A stretch of DNA of 57,697 bases from Coleofasciculus sp. B1-GNL1-01 (lineage in GTDB: Bacteria > Cyanobacteriota > Cyanobacteriia > Cyanobacteriales > Coleofasciculaceae). Shown piece after piece: positions 1 through 9,462 of this stretch; position 1 is the stretch's first letter; each line of letters starts with the position of its first letter. The translations under genes were made by a program, and so were the position numbers. Below the pieces are notes generated by a model that was given only the letters and a program-made list of their open reading frames with translations, did not search any database and was not told where the DNA came from. Location of the stretch: NCBI GenBank assembly GCA_040220235.1, contig JAVJTO010000085.1; one strand, 5' to 3'.

Positions 1-252
1 ACCGACTCCAGTACAGAAGAAGGCTTTAGATTTATTGGGTGTCAGCCTGATATGTACCCAGTGAAGCCAAAAGTGAAATCGCCCTAAGCCAAGATAGGCA
101 TACAGTGTAGCCATTTGTCAAAGGGGAACTTCAGTCTAAAACGGCGACAAAGGACGCCTATACTGTACCTGTAGGGGAGCTTGTAGGAGGACATCACAAT
201 TTAGAAACCTGCGAAGGCAGGTTTTGTGTGTGTAGATGCGGTTCTAACCGCC

Positions 253-435
253 CTATCCTAGTTTAATGAAGACTGCCTGTAGCAGCTTCACCAGTTCAAA
301 GGTGACAAAAATAGCGAGGATGGCTGTAACCAAGCTATTCAAGAAGCGATTATTGCCATAGCCAAAGACAGAGGCGGTAAATTTGATCAACACAAAGGCG
401 AGACAGGTAATGACGGCAAGTTGCAAAAAAGTCAT
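253..435 (-). CDS. small hydrophobic membrane protein (60 aa)
   Basis: ATG start; two hydrophobic segments; co-oriented downstream of the NACHT gene. Confidence 0.6.
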   Translation of the reverse strand: MTFLQLAVITCLAFVLIKFTASVFGYGNNRFLNSLVTAILAIFVTFELVKLLQAVFIKLG

Positions 436-534
436 AGGTTCTTGTTTAACTAAGTATTTTTGCTGATTAGACTATATCACCTATCCATCGACTCAGGGTG
501 ATTGGGCGTGTTGGACAACCTCTTTCAGCAATCC

Positions 535-2886
535 CTATAATAACGTTGTCTCAATCTCTTGTCTTACAGTAGCTGTGAGCTGACAATTACTCTTGAGACA
601 GTCTACGATTAACCGATTGGCATAATCATAGGAATCAAACCGTTTTTGCCATAGCGCACCCAAGTGCCATTCATACCCTATATTTCGATGGTCAATCATT
701 ACCGATCGCAACTGCGCTACCCACTCTTGACTATGCTGACGCCACCACTGCTGAATCTTATCTTTATCGTCTTGGCAGTTAGGCAACTGCTGTTTCAATT
801 GCCGGAGTGCGGTACTAAGTGGAGTATCTTGGGTTAGATAGTCGAGTTCAAGGGCAAGGTGTAAGGCATTGAGTCGATCATCAACCAGATCAGGAGTCAG
901 CGCGATCGCAACGGCTAATGCTTGAGTTAAGGCTAAATCTAATCCGATATCCCCAGCTAATTCACCTGCGAGTCTAGGATCAATGGCTAAGGCTAATGTG
1001 GAGTCACCCGCGAGTCGATGATTGGGGGGTAAAGCAAGGGTTAAGTAAAAAGCCCGAACAGCCGCCGATTTATAGGAGGTGGTGACAGTCAAGGATTTTT
1101 GTCGCACCCAATCAAGTAGCCCTGGTAACGTCTGGGCGGTGGGTTCAGCAGGGGACAATTTGGCGGGCGATCGCTCGTTTTTGTGCGGCTTCTCTACCTC
1201 TGCCACAACTAAAGCATCAATCTGTTGCTTGAGGCACTGTATCATTCCATCAGCATGGGGTAACATCTGGGCAGTGAGTAAAATCACTTCCCGCCAGCGT
1301 TTTTCGGTGAAATGGGACAATAACTGGGGAATAGAGGTTTCAGCATCAGCGACAACTGCCCTTGCTGTAAAATACTCTTGAAAGGTTAAATGAGAAAACG
1401 AATAAATTCCCCTCGCCCGTTCAACTAATAACCCATGCTGTGCCTCAATGGATTTCAACACCGCCGCACTATCTAATTCTAGAGTAGCCAGATCCAGGCG
1501 ATCGCCTAACTGTTGCTGTAAATAGTCACCAATCAGATGGACGAGGGTGCTTTCGGTAAAGAAGTAATCCCCTTGCTCAAACGTTATGGCGGCTATCTGA
1601 CTCAGCAATTGTAGCTTATGGGACAAGGATAAATTACGATAAATATCATCCCGTTTAATCCCTCTGGCTTCATCCCAGCGAATCAGTAGCAGATCAAGTC
1701 CTTGTTTGTAGAGATCACAGCGTTTTTTGGGGAATTCTGTTTTAGTTTGAAAGACTAAACAACTCAGATTTAACAGGACGGGCGTCGTTGCCAGTTCTCG
1801 AATCGGTTGATTTTCGGGACTTTCTAACTGTTCCAGAAATAGCGCCGCTTTTTTTAATCCTGATGCAGGTTTATTCCGGGCAACGGCGATAAACCAATTT
1901 CTGACAAACTGTTCAATTTGAGGGCGTTTGAAGTCAGCCAATTCGACCTCAGTAAAGCCCGGAAATCGGTATTCTTTGGCGGCAATCCGACAGGTAATAA
2001 TAATCTGGTTTTTATAATAGTGGTCGGCTAGCTGGCGAATCTGGCGAATGACGGCATCACTCCAGGTATCTGGCACTTCATCCAAGCCATCGAGTAAGAG
2101 CAATGCTCTGCCTTGATTTAAAACCGTTTCCAGCTCTGGGGCTGTCACCTGGCAACGCTCAAATTCTTGGGTAATATAGTTAAAAAGATTCCCATTATTT
2201 TCACAACAAGCATCCTCGGCAAAGTTTTTCAGGCGGATAAAAATGGGAACCTGTTCGGGTTTAAATTTACCCGTATTACATTGAATCGCCAGATATTGTA
2301 AAAATGTGGTTTTCCCGGCACCAGGTTTTCCTAATACCATTAATTTGCCATATCGTTCCACGGCTTTGAGTCCGGCAAGCCCTTCCAGTCGAACATTGCC
2401 TAAGCCCAAGCGATCAAAGTCTTTTGATTTGTCGCCTTGTAGATCGTTGAGATCGAGCCATCGTTGACTGCTAATTTCTTCGAGGATATTAACATCGACA
2501 TAGAGTTCATCTAAATCAATCGGTCGGGTAATATCTAATAGACGTAGGGTTCCACATTGATGGTGCAGTTTATCATGATGCTTTTGTCGCACTTGATTGA
2601 CGAGAGTATTAATATCATTGTCAATCGTTTGAACATTCGGCTTGGGATGGGGGTTAGCCATTGACGGTAACGCGGCTATTTCGTCGAGATCAAGATCGAG
2701 GCGAAAGCAAATTTCGATAAAAACGTGATGATCAACGGGTTTCCCCTTAAAAAATTTCCAAATCGGCTGACGAGTTTCTAAACCTACTTCTCCGGCTAAG
2801 TATTCCTGTGTCCATCCCTTACGCAGGAACGCTTGTTTGGCTTTTTGGATACCTTCTGTAGATGCTTTGAGCGAACGTCTTGCCAT
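535..2886 (-). CDS. NACHT-family NTPase with N-terminal XRE-like HTH and C-terminal helical domain
   Basis: Walker A GKPGAGKTT, Walker B LLLLDGLDE, ITCR, YSFSHLTFQEYFTA; N-terminal GWTQEYLAGEVG HTH. Confidence 0.9.
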   Translation of the reverse strand: MARRSLKASTEGIQKAKQAFLRKGWTQEYLAGEVGLETRQPIWKFFKGKPVDHHVFIEICFRLDLDLDEIAALPSMANPHPKPNVQTIDNDINTLVNQVRQKHHDKLHHQCGTLRLLDITRPIDLDELYVDVNILEEISSQRWLDLNDLQGDKSKDFDRLGLGNVRLEGLAGLKAVERYGKLMVLGKPGAGKTTFLQYLAIQCNTGKFKPEQVPIFIRLKNFAEDACCENNGNLFNYITQEFERCQVTAPELETVLNQGRALLLLDGLDEVPDTWSDAVIRQIRQLADHYYKNQIIITCRIAAKEYRFPGFTEVELADFKRPQIEQFVRNWFIAVARNKPASGLKKAALFLEQLESPENQPIRELATTPVLLNLSCLVFQTKTEFPKKRCDLYKQGLDLLLIRWDEARGIKRDDIYRNLSLSHKLQLLSQIAAITFEQGDYFFTESTLVHLIGDYLQQQLGDRLDLATLELDSAAVLKSIEAQHGLLVERARGIYSFSHLTFQEYFTARAVVADAETSIPQLLSHFTEKRWREVILLTAQMLPHADGMIQCLKQQIDALVVAEVEKPHKNERSPAKLSPAEPTAQTLPGLLDWVRQKSLTVTTSYKSAAVRAFYLTLALPPNHRLAGDSTLALAIDPRLAGELAGDIGLDLALTQALAVAIALTPDLVDDRLNALHLALELDYLTQDTPLSTALRQLKQQLPNCQDDKDKIQQWWRQHSQEWVAQLRSVMIDHRNIGYEWHLGALWQKRFDSYDYANRLIVDCLKSNCQLTATVRQEIETTLL

Positions 2887-2996
2887 AGCCTATCGGTGAT
2901 CAAGTGCAGGACAAATCCTACTGGATTTAGCTAGAGTGTTCCCACTTATTTGGTAAAATGCGACATTTTACGGACTTTTTGAGATAGGGGGAGAGA

Positions 2997-3208
2997 TACA
3001 GCGCTTTGCGTTGTAATAAAGTACAGTAGATCAAAATCCCCCTTCAGATCCCCCTCCCGTCCCCCTATTAGATCCCCCTCCCGTCCCCCTATTAGATCCC
3101 CCTTCCGTCCCCCTTAAAAAGGGGGAGACCAAAGGATGCTTCGCTTTTTTTGCTTATGGGATTTAGGGGGATTGACAATTGTACCGCATAGCAGAGCAAA
3201 CTGCTGTA
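2997..3208. mobile_element. TA-flanked MITE-like element containing a 24-bp tandem repeat (AGATCCCCCTCCCGTCCCCCTATT, about 3 copies)
   Basis: imperfect inverted ends TACAGC..TTTGC / GCAAA..GCTGTA; non-coding. Confidence 0.5.
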
Positions 3209-3337
3209 TAGCATTACGAGGTACGGAAAGGACATCAGTTGATCTCAAGAGGGAACAGGCAACACCTGCTCGGTAACACGCTCGGTGTGTCACAGGGAAC
3301 AGTACAGAATGTCCTAACCTGTCTTGGTACTGCTATA
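3207..3337. mobile_element. TATAGC...GCTATA MITE (IS630-like ends); inverted copy at 42139-42246
   Basis: both ends match, in reverse complement, the ends of the element at 42139-42246. Confidence 0.65.
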
Positions 3338-3621
3338 AATATAAATCGATAACCTGGCGATTAGGATGGAGAGGTCGATCGCTACTGGCAGATGGGTGAG
3401 CGTATCAAGTTTGCCAGTAGCGTGGATGGGTAGGTGTTTTTTGAGCCGTCAACAACTCCCCCAGCGCCCCCAGCGCCCCCAGAACCCTCGGCTTCATTTA
3501 TACGGGTTTTCTGATACTAGAAGGGAAACTTATGATTTGAATTGAACATTTCCATGTAGAGCGATCGCAAATTTGTGCAGATTTTAAGATAAACTTAAGC
3601 TCATAGAGATTCGGGACCTTA

Positions 3622-3637
3622 ATAGATCTTGATCTAT
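3622..3637. promoter_or_regulatory. ATAG-N8-CTAT palindrome, putative NdhR/CcmR operator upstream of sbtA
   Basis: ATAG-ATCTTGAT-CTAT matches the NdhR (CcmR) consensus; lies upstream of a known NdhR-regulon gene. Confidence 0.55.
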
Positions 3638-3779
3638 GGGAGGTGCTGTAGCACAGGTATTCGCGTAACACTTGTGTTGTGGAGGTGTAGCGCTGCACCC
3701 CCGCTTTCTTCAACTTTTAACCGATTTCACTTATCACAATCACCACTCCCCCAGCCAGGGGAGATGGAAGGAGGTATTC

Positions 3780-3866
3780 ATGGCAATTTTCTCTCACATG
3801 TTTCATCGGAACTTTCTCTTACACTGCCGGCGCTTCCGCAGCCGGCTCTATTGTAGTTCCAAGTAG
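3780..3866 (+). CDS. putative small leader ORF (28 aa) upstream of sbtA, possibly a frameshifted small protein
   Basis: GGAGG Shine-Dalgarno 5 nt before ATG; MAIFSHMFHRNFLLHCRRFRSRLYCSSK. Confidence 0.35.
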   Translation: MAIFSHMFHRNFLLHCRRFRSRLYCSSK

Positions 3867-4112
3867 AAACCAACAGCAACAACCGCCAGCGGATTGGAAA
3901 TCTGGGGCTAATACAACGAAGTCCGTCTTCATGGACTCTAAAGATCTATGTATGGTATGGAAATAAATTGGAATGACTAGATCTTCATCTCTGGTTGGTC
4001 GTGTTTCCCAAAGTCTGCATCGGGTTTGCGGCTTTGGGGATGAGTACGATGGCGTTTAACCTGAAGGGTTTTAACTTTATATCTGAATATCTGATTAAGG
4101 AGGAATTACAAC

Positions 4113-5249
4113 ATGGATTTTTTGTCCGATTTCTTTACGCTATTCCTGGGGAAGTTGCAGTCCCCGACACTTGGCTTTCTGATTGGTGGTATGGTCGTTG
4201 CCGCCCTCAATAGCCGACTGGCAATTCCCGATGCGATCTATAAATTCATCGTCTTCATGCTGCTCATCAAAGTCGGTCTGAGCGGCGGCATTGCGATCCG
4301 CAATGCCAATCTGGCGCAGATGCTGTTGCCCGCAGTGTTCGCTGTGATCACGGGAATGCTTATCGTGTTCATCGGGCGCTACACGTTAGCCAAGCTGCCG
4401 GGCGTCAAAGTCGTGGACGCCATTGCAACAGCGGGTTTGTTCGGTGCTGTGAGTGGCTCTACCCTCGCCGCTGGCATAACGGTACTGGAATCAGAAGGTA
4501 TAACATACGAACCCTGGGCAGCCGCACTCTATCCCTTCATGGACATTCCAGCGCTCGTGACTGCGATCGTCGTAGCCAGCGTTTATGTCAGCAAGCAAAA
4601 GTCTCTCAAAAATCAGGAGTCTCTCAGCAAGGAGGAGTCTCTCAGCAAGGAGCCGGTTGCCGCAGGCGAGTATCCCACCACTAGGCAGGAGTATCGCAAC
4701 CAGCAGCGCATTACCGCACAGGGGTATCCCAGCCAGGAACCCGAGCGGGTCAAAATATGGCCCATCGTGCAGGAAAGCCTCCAGGGTTCTGCCCTGTCGG
4801 CACTGCTGCTCGGCATCGCTCTAGGCATACTAACCCAGCCGGAAAGTGTCTATGAGAGCTTCTTCGATCCCCTCTTCCGTGGTCTGCTTTCAATACTGAT
4901 GCTGGTAATGGGTATGGAGGCTACGGCAAGGCTTGGCGAGCTACGCAAGGTGGGTCAGTGGTACGCCCTATATGCCTTTGTGGCGCCGCTTCTGCATGGG
5001 TTCATAGCCTTCGGTCTCGGTATGATTGCCCACTACGCCACGGGATTCAGCGCTGGCGGCGTCGTGCTTCTGGCTGTCATCGCCGCCTCCAGTTCAGACA
5101 TCTCAGGACCGCCCACTTTACGCGCCGGTATCCCGTCAGCCAATCCCTCCGCCTACATCGGCTCGTCCACAGCCGTAGGCACGCCGATTGCGCTTGCCGT
5201 GGGAATACCGCTCTTCATTGGACTCGCACAGGCGGTGATGGGCGGCTGA
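4113..5249 (+). CDS. sbtA: sodium-dependent bicarbonate transporter SbtA
   Basis: MDFLSDF..LQSPTLGFLIGG start, GAVSGST and SSSDISGPPTLRAGIPSANPSAY motifs; AAGGAGG RBS. Confidence 0.95.
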   Translation: MDFLSDFFTLFLGKLQSPTLGFLIGGMVVAALNSRLAIPDAIYKFIVFMLLIKVGLSGGIAIRNANLAQMLLPAVFAVITGMLIVFIGRYTLAKLPGVKVVDAIATAGLFGAVSGSTLAAGITVLESEGITYEPWAAALYPFMDIPALVTAIVVASVYVSKQKSLKNQESLSKEESLSKEPVAAGEYPTTRQEYRNQQRITAQGYPSQEPERVKIWPIVQESLQGSALSALLLGIALGILTQPESVYESFFDPLFRGLLSILMLVMGMEATARLGELRKVGQWYALYAFVAPLLHGFIAFGLGMIAHYATGFSAGGVVLLAVIAASSSDISGPPTLRAGIPSANPSAYIGSSTAVGTPIALAVGIPLFIGLAQAVMGG

Positions 5250-5913
5250 TCCCAGACGGGTCGCGGTCTGCCGATGCTCCCCTTGCCCGGTGACAAACGC
5301 GGCGGCTATGTCAAGGTCTGCGTCGTCTCCATTAAACGCACCCCACTCAGAATCTTCGATTTGAGTGGGGATTCTTATGCTTGTCACTGGCGTTCGCAGC
5401 GTGTGGGAGGAACTTTTGCCTGCCCACACTAAGCGTAATTTTACTATTTGTTAATAGGGCGTACCAATACCGTGCGCCGATGTTGTAGGAAGCGGACAAG
5501 TCAGCATTGTAAGTAGGTGGATATATTAACGTGAATGGTGAAGATTGTCATTCGTCATTTGTCATTCGTCATTTGTCATACTCGCTCCCTTGAGAAGCAA
5601 GCTACGTTTATGTAAGGGTTTGAGGCTTGTTTACAAAACTTAGTATAGTGCTGTTTTCTTTTGTCCGACCACTTATGTCTCTGGCAGGATTGATGAATTT
5701 TCTAGCTTTTAAACTGAGTTAAAAACTCTAATGACTCACGCCTCTCTTTTCCTGCTTCTTATTCCCCAATCTTAACCGTAAACTTTAATGTTGGATGATC
5801 AACCCAGATTGAGTATCAACAGTCGCCTTGAAAATTGTTCCTCCCAAAGATAGATGAAAGCGCGTCCAACTCCTCCATTACAGTAGAACAATACTGCCTA
5901 TTTTTATACACCC

Positions 5914-7425
5914 ATGACTTTGATTGCTGGAAAACCTGCTTCATTTTGGATTGATTCAACGCCAACGTCTACATTTTCTCCTTTTATCAACAACCTGGTT
6001 GTCGATGTAGCGATTGTTGGTGCCGGAATCGCGGGACTGACCGCTGCGACTCTGTTAAAGCGTGCGGGTAAAACCGTTGCGGTGATTGAGTCGAAACGAG
6101 TTGCCACGGGAGTGAGTGGTCATACAACGGCAAAGATAACATCGCTGCACAAGTTAATCTATGCCGATCTTATTCAGCAATTGGGAGAAGACAAAGCCCG
6201 CCTTTATGGAGAGTCCAATCAGGCGGCAATTGAGCAGGTGGCTCAACTGGTTAAAGAGGAGCAGATTGATTGTGATTTTAGCCGTCAAAGTGCCTACACC
6301 TTTGCCAATTCTCCAGAACAGTTGAGTCAAATTGAAGCTGAAGTAGAAGCGGCGATCAAATTAGGACTTCCTGCCTCTTTTGTCAAAGAGACATCACTCC
6401 CCTTTCCCATTGCCGGAGCGGTTAAATTTGAAAATCAAGCCCAGTTTCACGCCCGGAAATATTTGCTGCATCTAGCGAAAACCATTCCCGGTAATGGCAG
6501 CTATTTGTTTGATGATACGCGAGTAGAAACCGTTGATGAAGATAGCCCTTGTCAAGTTCAAACAACCCGGGGGGTACTCAAAGCCAAAGATGTAATTGTC
6601 ACCACAAATGTACCCATTCTGGATCAAGGGCTGTTTTTTGCTAAAACCTATCCGAAACGTTCTTATATTGTCGCCGCTTCGATTGATCCAGCCAAAGCAC
6701 CCGATGGTATGTTTATTAGCGTCGGTGAACATTATCGATCGCTGCGGACAACGCCCTACAATGACGGTGTACTCTTACTGATTGGTGGTGAAAGTCATAA
6801 AACGGGTACAGTTACCCAGACAGAGGAACGATATCTGCGCTTAGAAGACTATGGTCGCACCCAGTTTGGCATCGATAAGTTCGAGTATCGCTGGTCAACC
6901 CAGGATATGGTATCCTTCGACAAGTTACCCTACATTGGTAAATTAACCCCAGTTAACAATCATATTTATGTCGCCACGGGATTTAGTCTCTGGGGTATGA
7001 CCAAGAGTACCCTATCGGGGATGATTCTATCTGACTTGATTTTAGGACGATCCAATCCCTGGGCGGATCTGTATGACGCCACTCGCGCCACTCCGTTTAT
7101 CTCGGAAACCTCGATTAAAGAGAATCTGGACGTGGGTAAGCATTGGATTGGCGATCGCTTGAAGGGGTTAGATGAGTCCTCTTTCGCTGATGTTAGCAAA
7201 GGGGAAGGGAAACTGCTCACCATTGATGGAAACAAAGTCGCCGCGTATCGAGATGAAAAGGGTTCAATTCATGCGGTTTCCGCCGTTTGTCCTCACTTAG
7301 GCTGTATCGTCGATTGGAATAGCGCTGAGAAGAGTTGGGATTGTCCCTGTCATGGTTCCCGCTTTAGTTGTGATGGACAAATTCTCCAAGCACCAGCGGT
7401 TAAGGAGATGGAACGGATTAAATAA
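5914..7425 (+). CDS. FAD-dependent oxidoreductase with C-terminal Rieske [2Fe-2S] domain (YhfW-like)
   Basis: GAGIAG Rossmann motif; CPHLGC ... WDCPCHGSRF Rieske motifs. Confidence 0.9.
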   Translation: MTLIAGKPASFWIDSTPTSTFSPFINNLVVDVAIVGAGIAGLTAATLLKRAGKTVAVIESKRVATGVSGHTTAKITSLHKLIYADLIQQLGEDKARLYGESNQAAIEQVAQLVKEEQIDCDFSRQSAYTFANSPEQLSQIEAEVEAAIKLGLPASFVKETSLPFPIAGAVKFENQAQFHARKYLLHLAKTIPGNGSYLFDDTRVETVDEDSPCQVQTTRGVLKAKDVIVTTNVPILDQGLFFAKTYPKRSYIVAASIDPAKAPDGMFISVGEHYRSLRTTPYNDGVLLLIGGESHKTGTVTQTEERYLRLEDYGRTQFGIDKFEYRWSTQDMVSFDKLPYIGKLTPVNNHIYVATGFSLWGMTKSTLSGMILSDLILGRSNPWADLYDATRATPFISETSIKENLDVGKHWIGDRLKGLDESSFADVSKGEGKLLTIDGNKVAAYRDEKGSIHAVSAVCPHLGCIVDWNSAEKSWDCPCHGSRFSCDGQILQAPAVKEMERIK

Positions 7426-7454
7426 TGGTGCGTAGTGGGAGCATCTTGCTCCCC

Positions 7455-8627
7455 TTAGTTAATCTGAGTTTCTATCTGTGCGATCGCCTCTTCTGGGGAA
7501 GCCTCACCCTTAATCACAGAGGTAATTCCGGGTAAATAGTCATCCATCATCATCACATTGGTATAAACTAAGCGTTTGATCAGTGGAAATGTGAGGGTTG
7601 AACCTTCCATATCAATACTGGTTTTGTAGCGGATTTCTCCGTCGGTAAAATCTAATTCAAAATTACCAATAATCATGCCATAATTGGCACGGGCGATAAA
7701 TTCGCCTAAAGCCCGACGCTTTGTCTTTGGCACTTTAATGGGACAAATGGAGTAAAAAACTACTTGTTGTTCTTCTTCTCTGGCGTTAGCATAGCAAGTC
7801 CATGTACCGTTTTTACCTTGGAAAGCGAGGTGCAATGTTGGTTCACCCTGAATTTTTGTATAAGTCCAGTCATCTGCGGTGAAAAAATTGGCGATTTGCT
7901 CAAAAATAGATTTATTTATAGGAGTAGCTTTGAAAGCGGCTTCTAATTCCTGAACCAGCTTATCCAGATTGAAATTGTCCAGTTTCTTGAGGAAATTGGT
8001 GCTTGCCTCAAGCATCTGGGAAGTGGCTTTTTCAGTCACCCCTGATAAATTACCCCCAGTCCAGTCTTGGAAGAAGTTGATCAGAGCGTCAGAAATTGCG
8101 TCGTTTGAATCCGACGTGGCGGCTTGGGCAAGAAGGGTTGGACTAATGTAGTCCCACAGGGTACGGTAACCTCTCTCACCTGACTCCTGGGGTTGTTTGG
8201 CTGAGAGGAGTAACCAGTTCTCGGTGGACAATAAAGGGCTGTCCGGCTGCTCTTGGCTGAGATTCAAGATATACGTTGCAGCCTCATCAACGTTGGCGGC
8301 GTGTTCTGTTAGGTGGGACAGCCAATCGGGTTTTAGAGTGGTTTCGAGCTTGATGTCTGGTTCGGGTAGAAACTCCAAAGCCTCAAGGGGGCTTCGCATT
8401 TCTGGGGTGAGATTGAATAATCTTTCAGTTTCAATGCGTTGGTAGAGTTCAGGGTTTATATGGAAGGTGAGACGACACTCAATAGCTTCGTTGTCCAGCT
8501 TAGTCAAGGTTAGAGTTACGGCGCGGACGGTTAAGGGGAATTCTGAACTAGTATCCTTTGGAAGAGCTTCGCTAACATATAGTGTCAGTTCGCTGTCCCA
8601 GTGGCAATGTTCAGTCTTTACTTCCAT
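7455..8627 (-). CDS. YbjN domain-containing protein
   Basis: C-terminal EFIARANYGMIIGNFELDFTDGEIRYKTSID YbjN-like signature; ATG at 8627 preferred as start. Confidence 0.8.
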   Translation of the reverse strand: MEVKTEHCHWDSELTLYVSEALPKDTSSEFPLTVRAVTLTLTKLDNEAIECRLTFHINPELYQRIETERLFNLTPEMRSPLEALEFLPEPDIKLETTLKPDWLSHLTEHAANVDEAATYILNLSQEQPDSPLLSTENWLLLSAKQPQESGERGYRTLWDYISPTLLAQAATSDSNDAISDALINFFQDWTGGNLSGVTEKATSQMLEASTNFLKKLDNFNLDKLVQELEAAFKATPINKSIFEQIANFFTADDWTYTKIQGEPTLHLAFQGKNGTWTCYANAREEEQQVVFYSICPIKVPKTKRRALGEFIARANYGMIIGNFELDFTDGEIRYKTSIDMEGSTLTFPLIKRLVYTNVMMMDDYLPGITSVIKGEASPEEAIAQIETQIN

Positions 8628-8983
8628 GCAGTTTTCTCCTACTAGCACCTACTCTATGACTTCTGTGCTGTCCTACTATGTAGCTATGCAAGCAATTCGG
8701 ATATAATTATCCTTGGAGTTGTTAGGCTTCATGCTTCAATCCAACTTACAGGTGAGCGCTTGCACTCCTAATTTTTATTGTGGAGAGGTCTAATGAACTT
8801 TACTACATATGCAGGTAATTGAATCTTTATGTAGCAATCACTTTTTCCTTCACTAACTGGGGTGAAATGGGGCTTGTTTTGCTACAACTTTAAAAGAAGT
8901 GACCGCCCTTGGCTGAACTTCATTTTATGTTGTCTGTGAGATTGCCGCAGTGTCATATAACTTTCCTAAATAATATTGCAGAA

Positions 8984-9460
8984 TCACGCAAAGCTGTCAC
9001 CACGATATGGTACTGGTTCATCATAGCGCTTATTATACTCTAGGATGGCTTCGCTTAGAATCCTCAGCGCCGGATCGGATAAATCTATATCAGAGGGCAT
9101 TAGTTTCGGATTTTTAACAACCTGGATGTAGTAATCTTTGCCCTTACCTACAATCGATTTACACAAGTCATCAATACCGTCTTCTGAGAGAGCGGGATCG
9201 ACATAGTTCAGATAAGGTTCGGCTTTAAAATAAGCTGCAGCTTCTTCATAATTCCAACAGAACCTAATAAGTGTCCCACGGTTCATTTTTTGCAACAGCT
9301 CAACAAACTGCTCATAGTCATTTCTTGCCAGAGCGATTGCCTCCCAAAATCCATCAGGTATGTTTTCAGGTGTAAATTGTTTAAGCATAAGCAGATGAAC
9401 TTTTGTGAAAAAATCATATCCTGGAAAATTTTGAGAGAAACTTGACAAACAACTGTTCAT
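8984..9460 (-). CDS. putative immunity protein (DUF4240-like FWEAIALAR motif); start may be ATG 9388
   Basis: small acidic AT-rich ORF directly downstream of the toxin-tipped DUF4157 gene. Confidence 0.55.
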   Translation of the reverse strand: MNSCLSSFSQNFPGYDFFTKVHLLMLKQFTPENIPDGFWEAIALARNDYEQFVELLQKMNRGTLIRFCWNYEEAAAYFKAEPYLNYVDPALSEDGIDDLCKSIVGKGKDYYIQVVKNPKLMPSDIDLSDPALRILSEAILEYNKRYDEPVPYRGDSFA

Positions 9461-9462
9461 CG

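Noticed and set aside
5341..5460. IS200/IS605 element
   Set aside because: Only a hairpin suggestive of an end; no tnpA or tnpB coding remnant could be supported.
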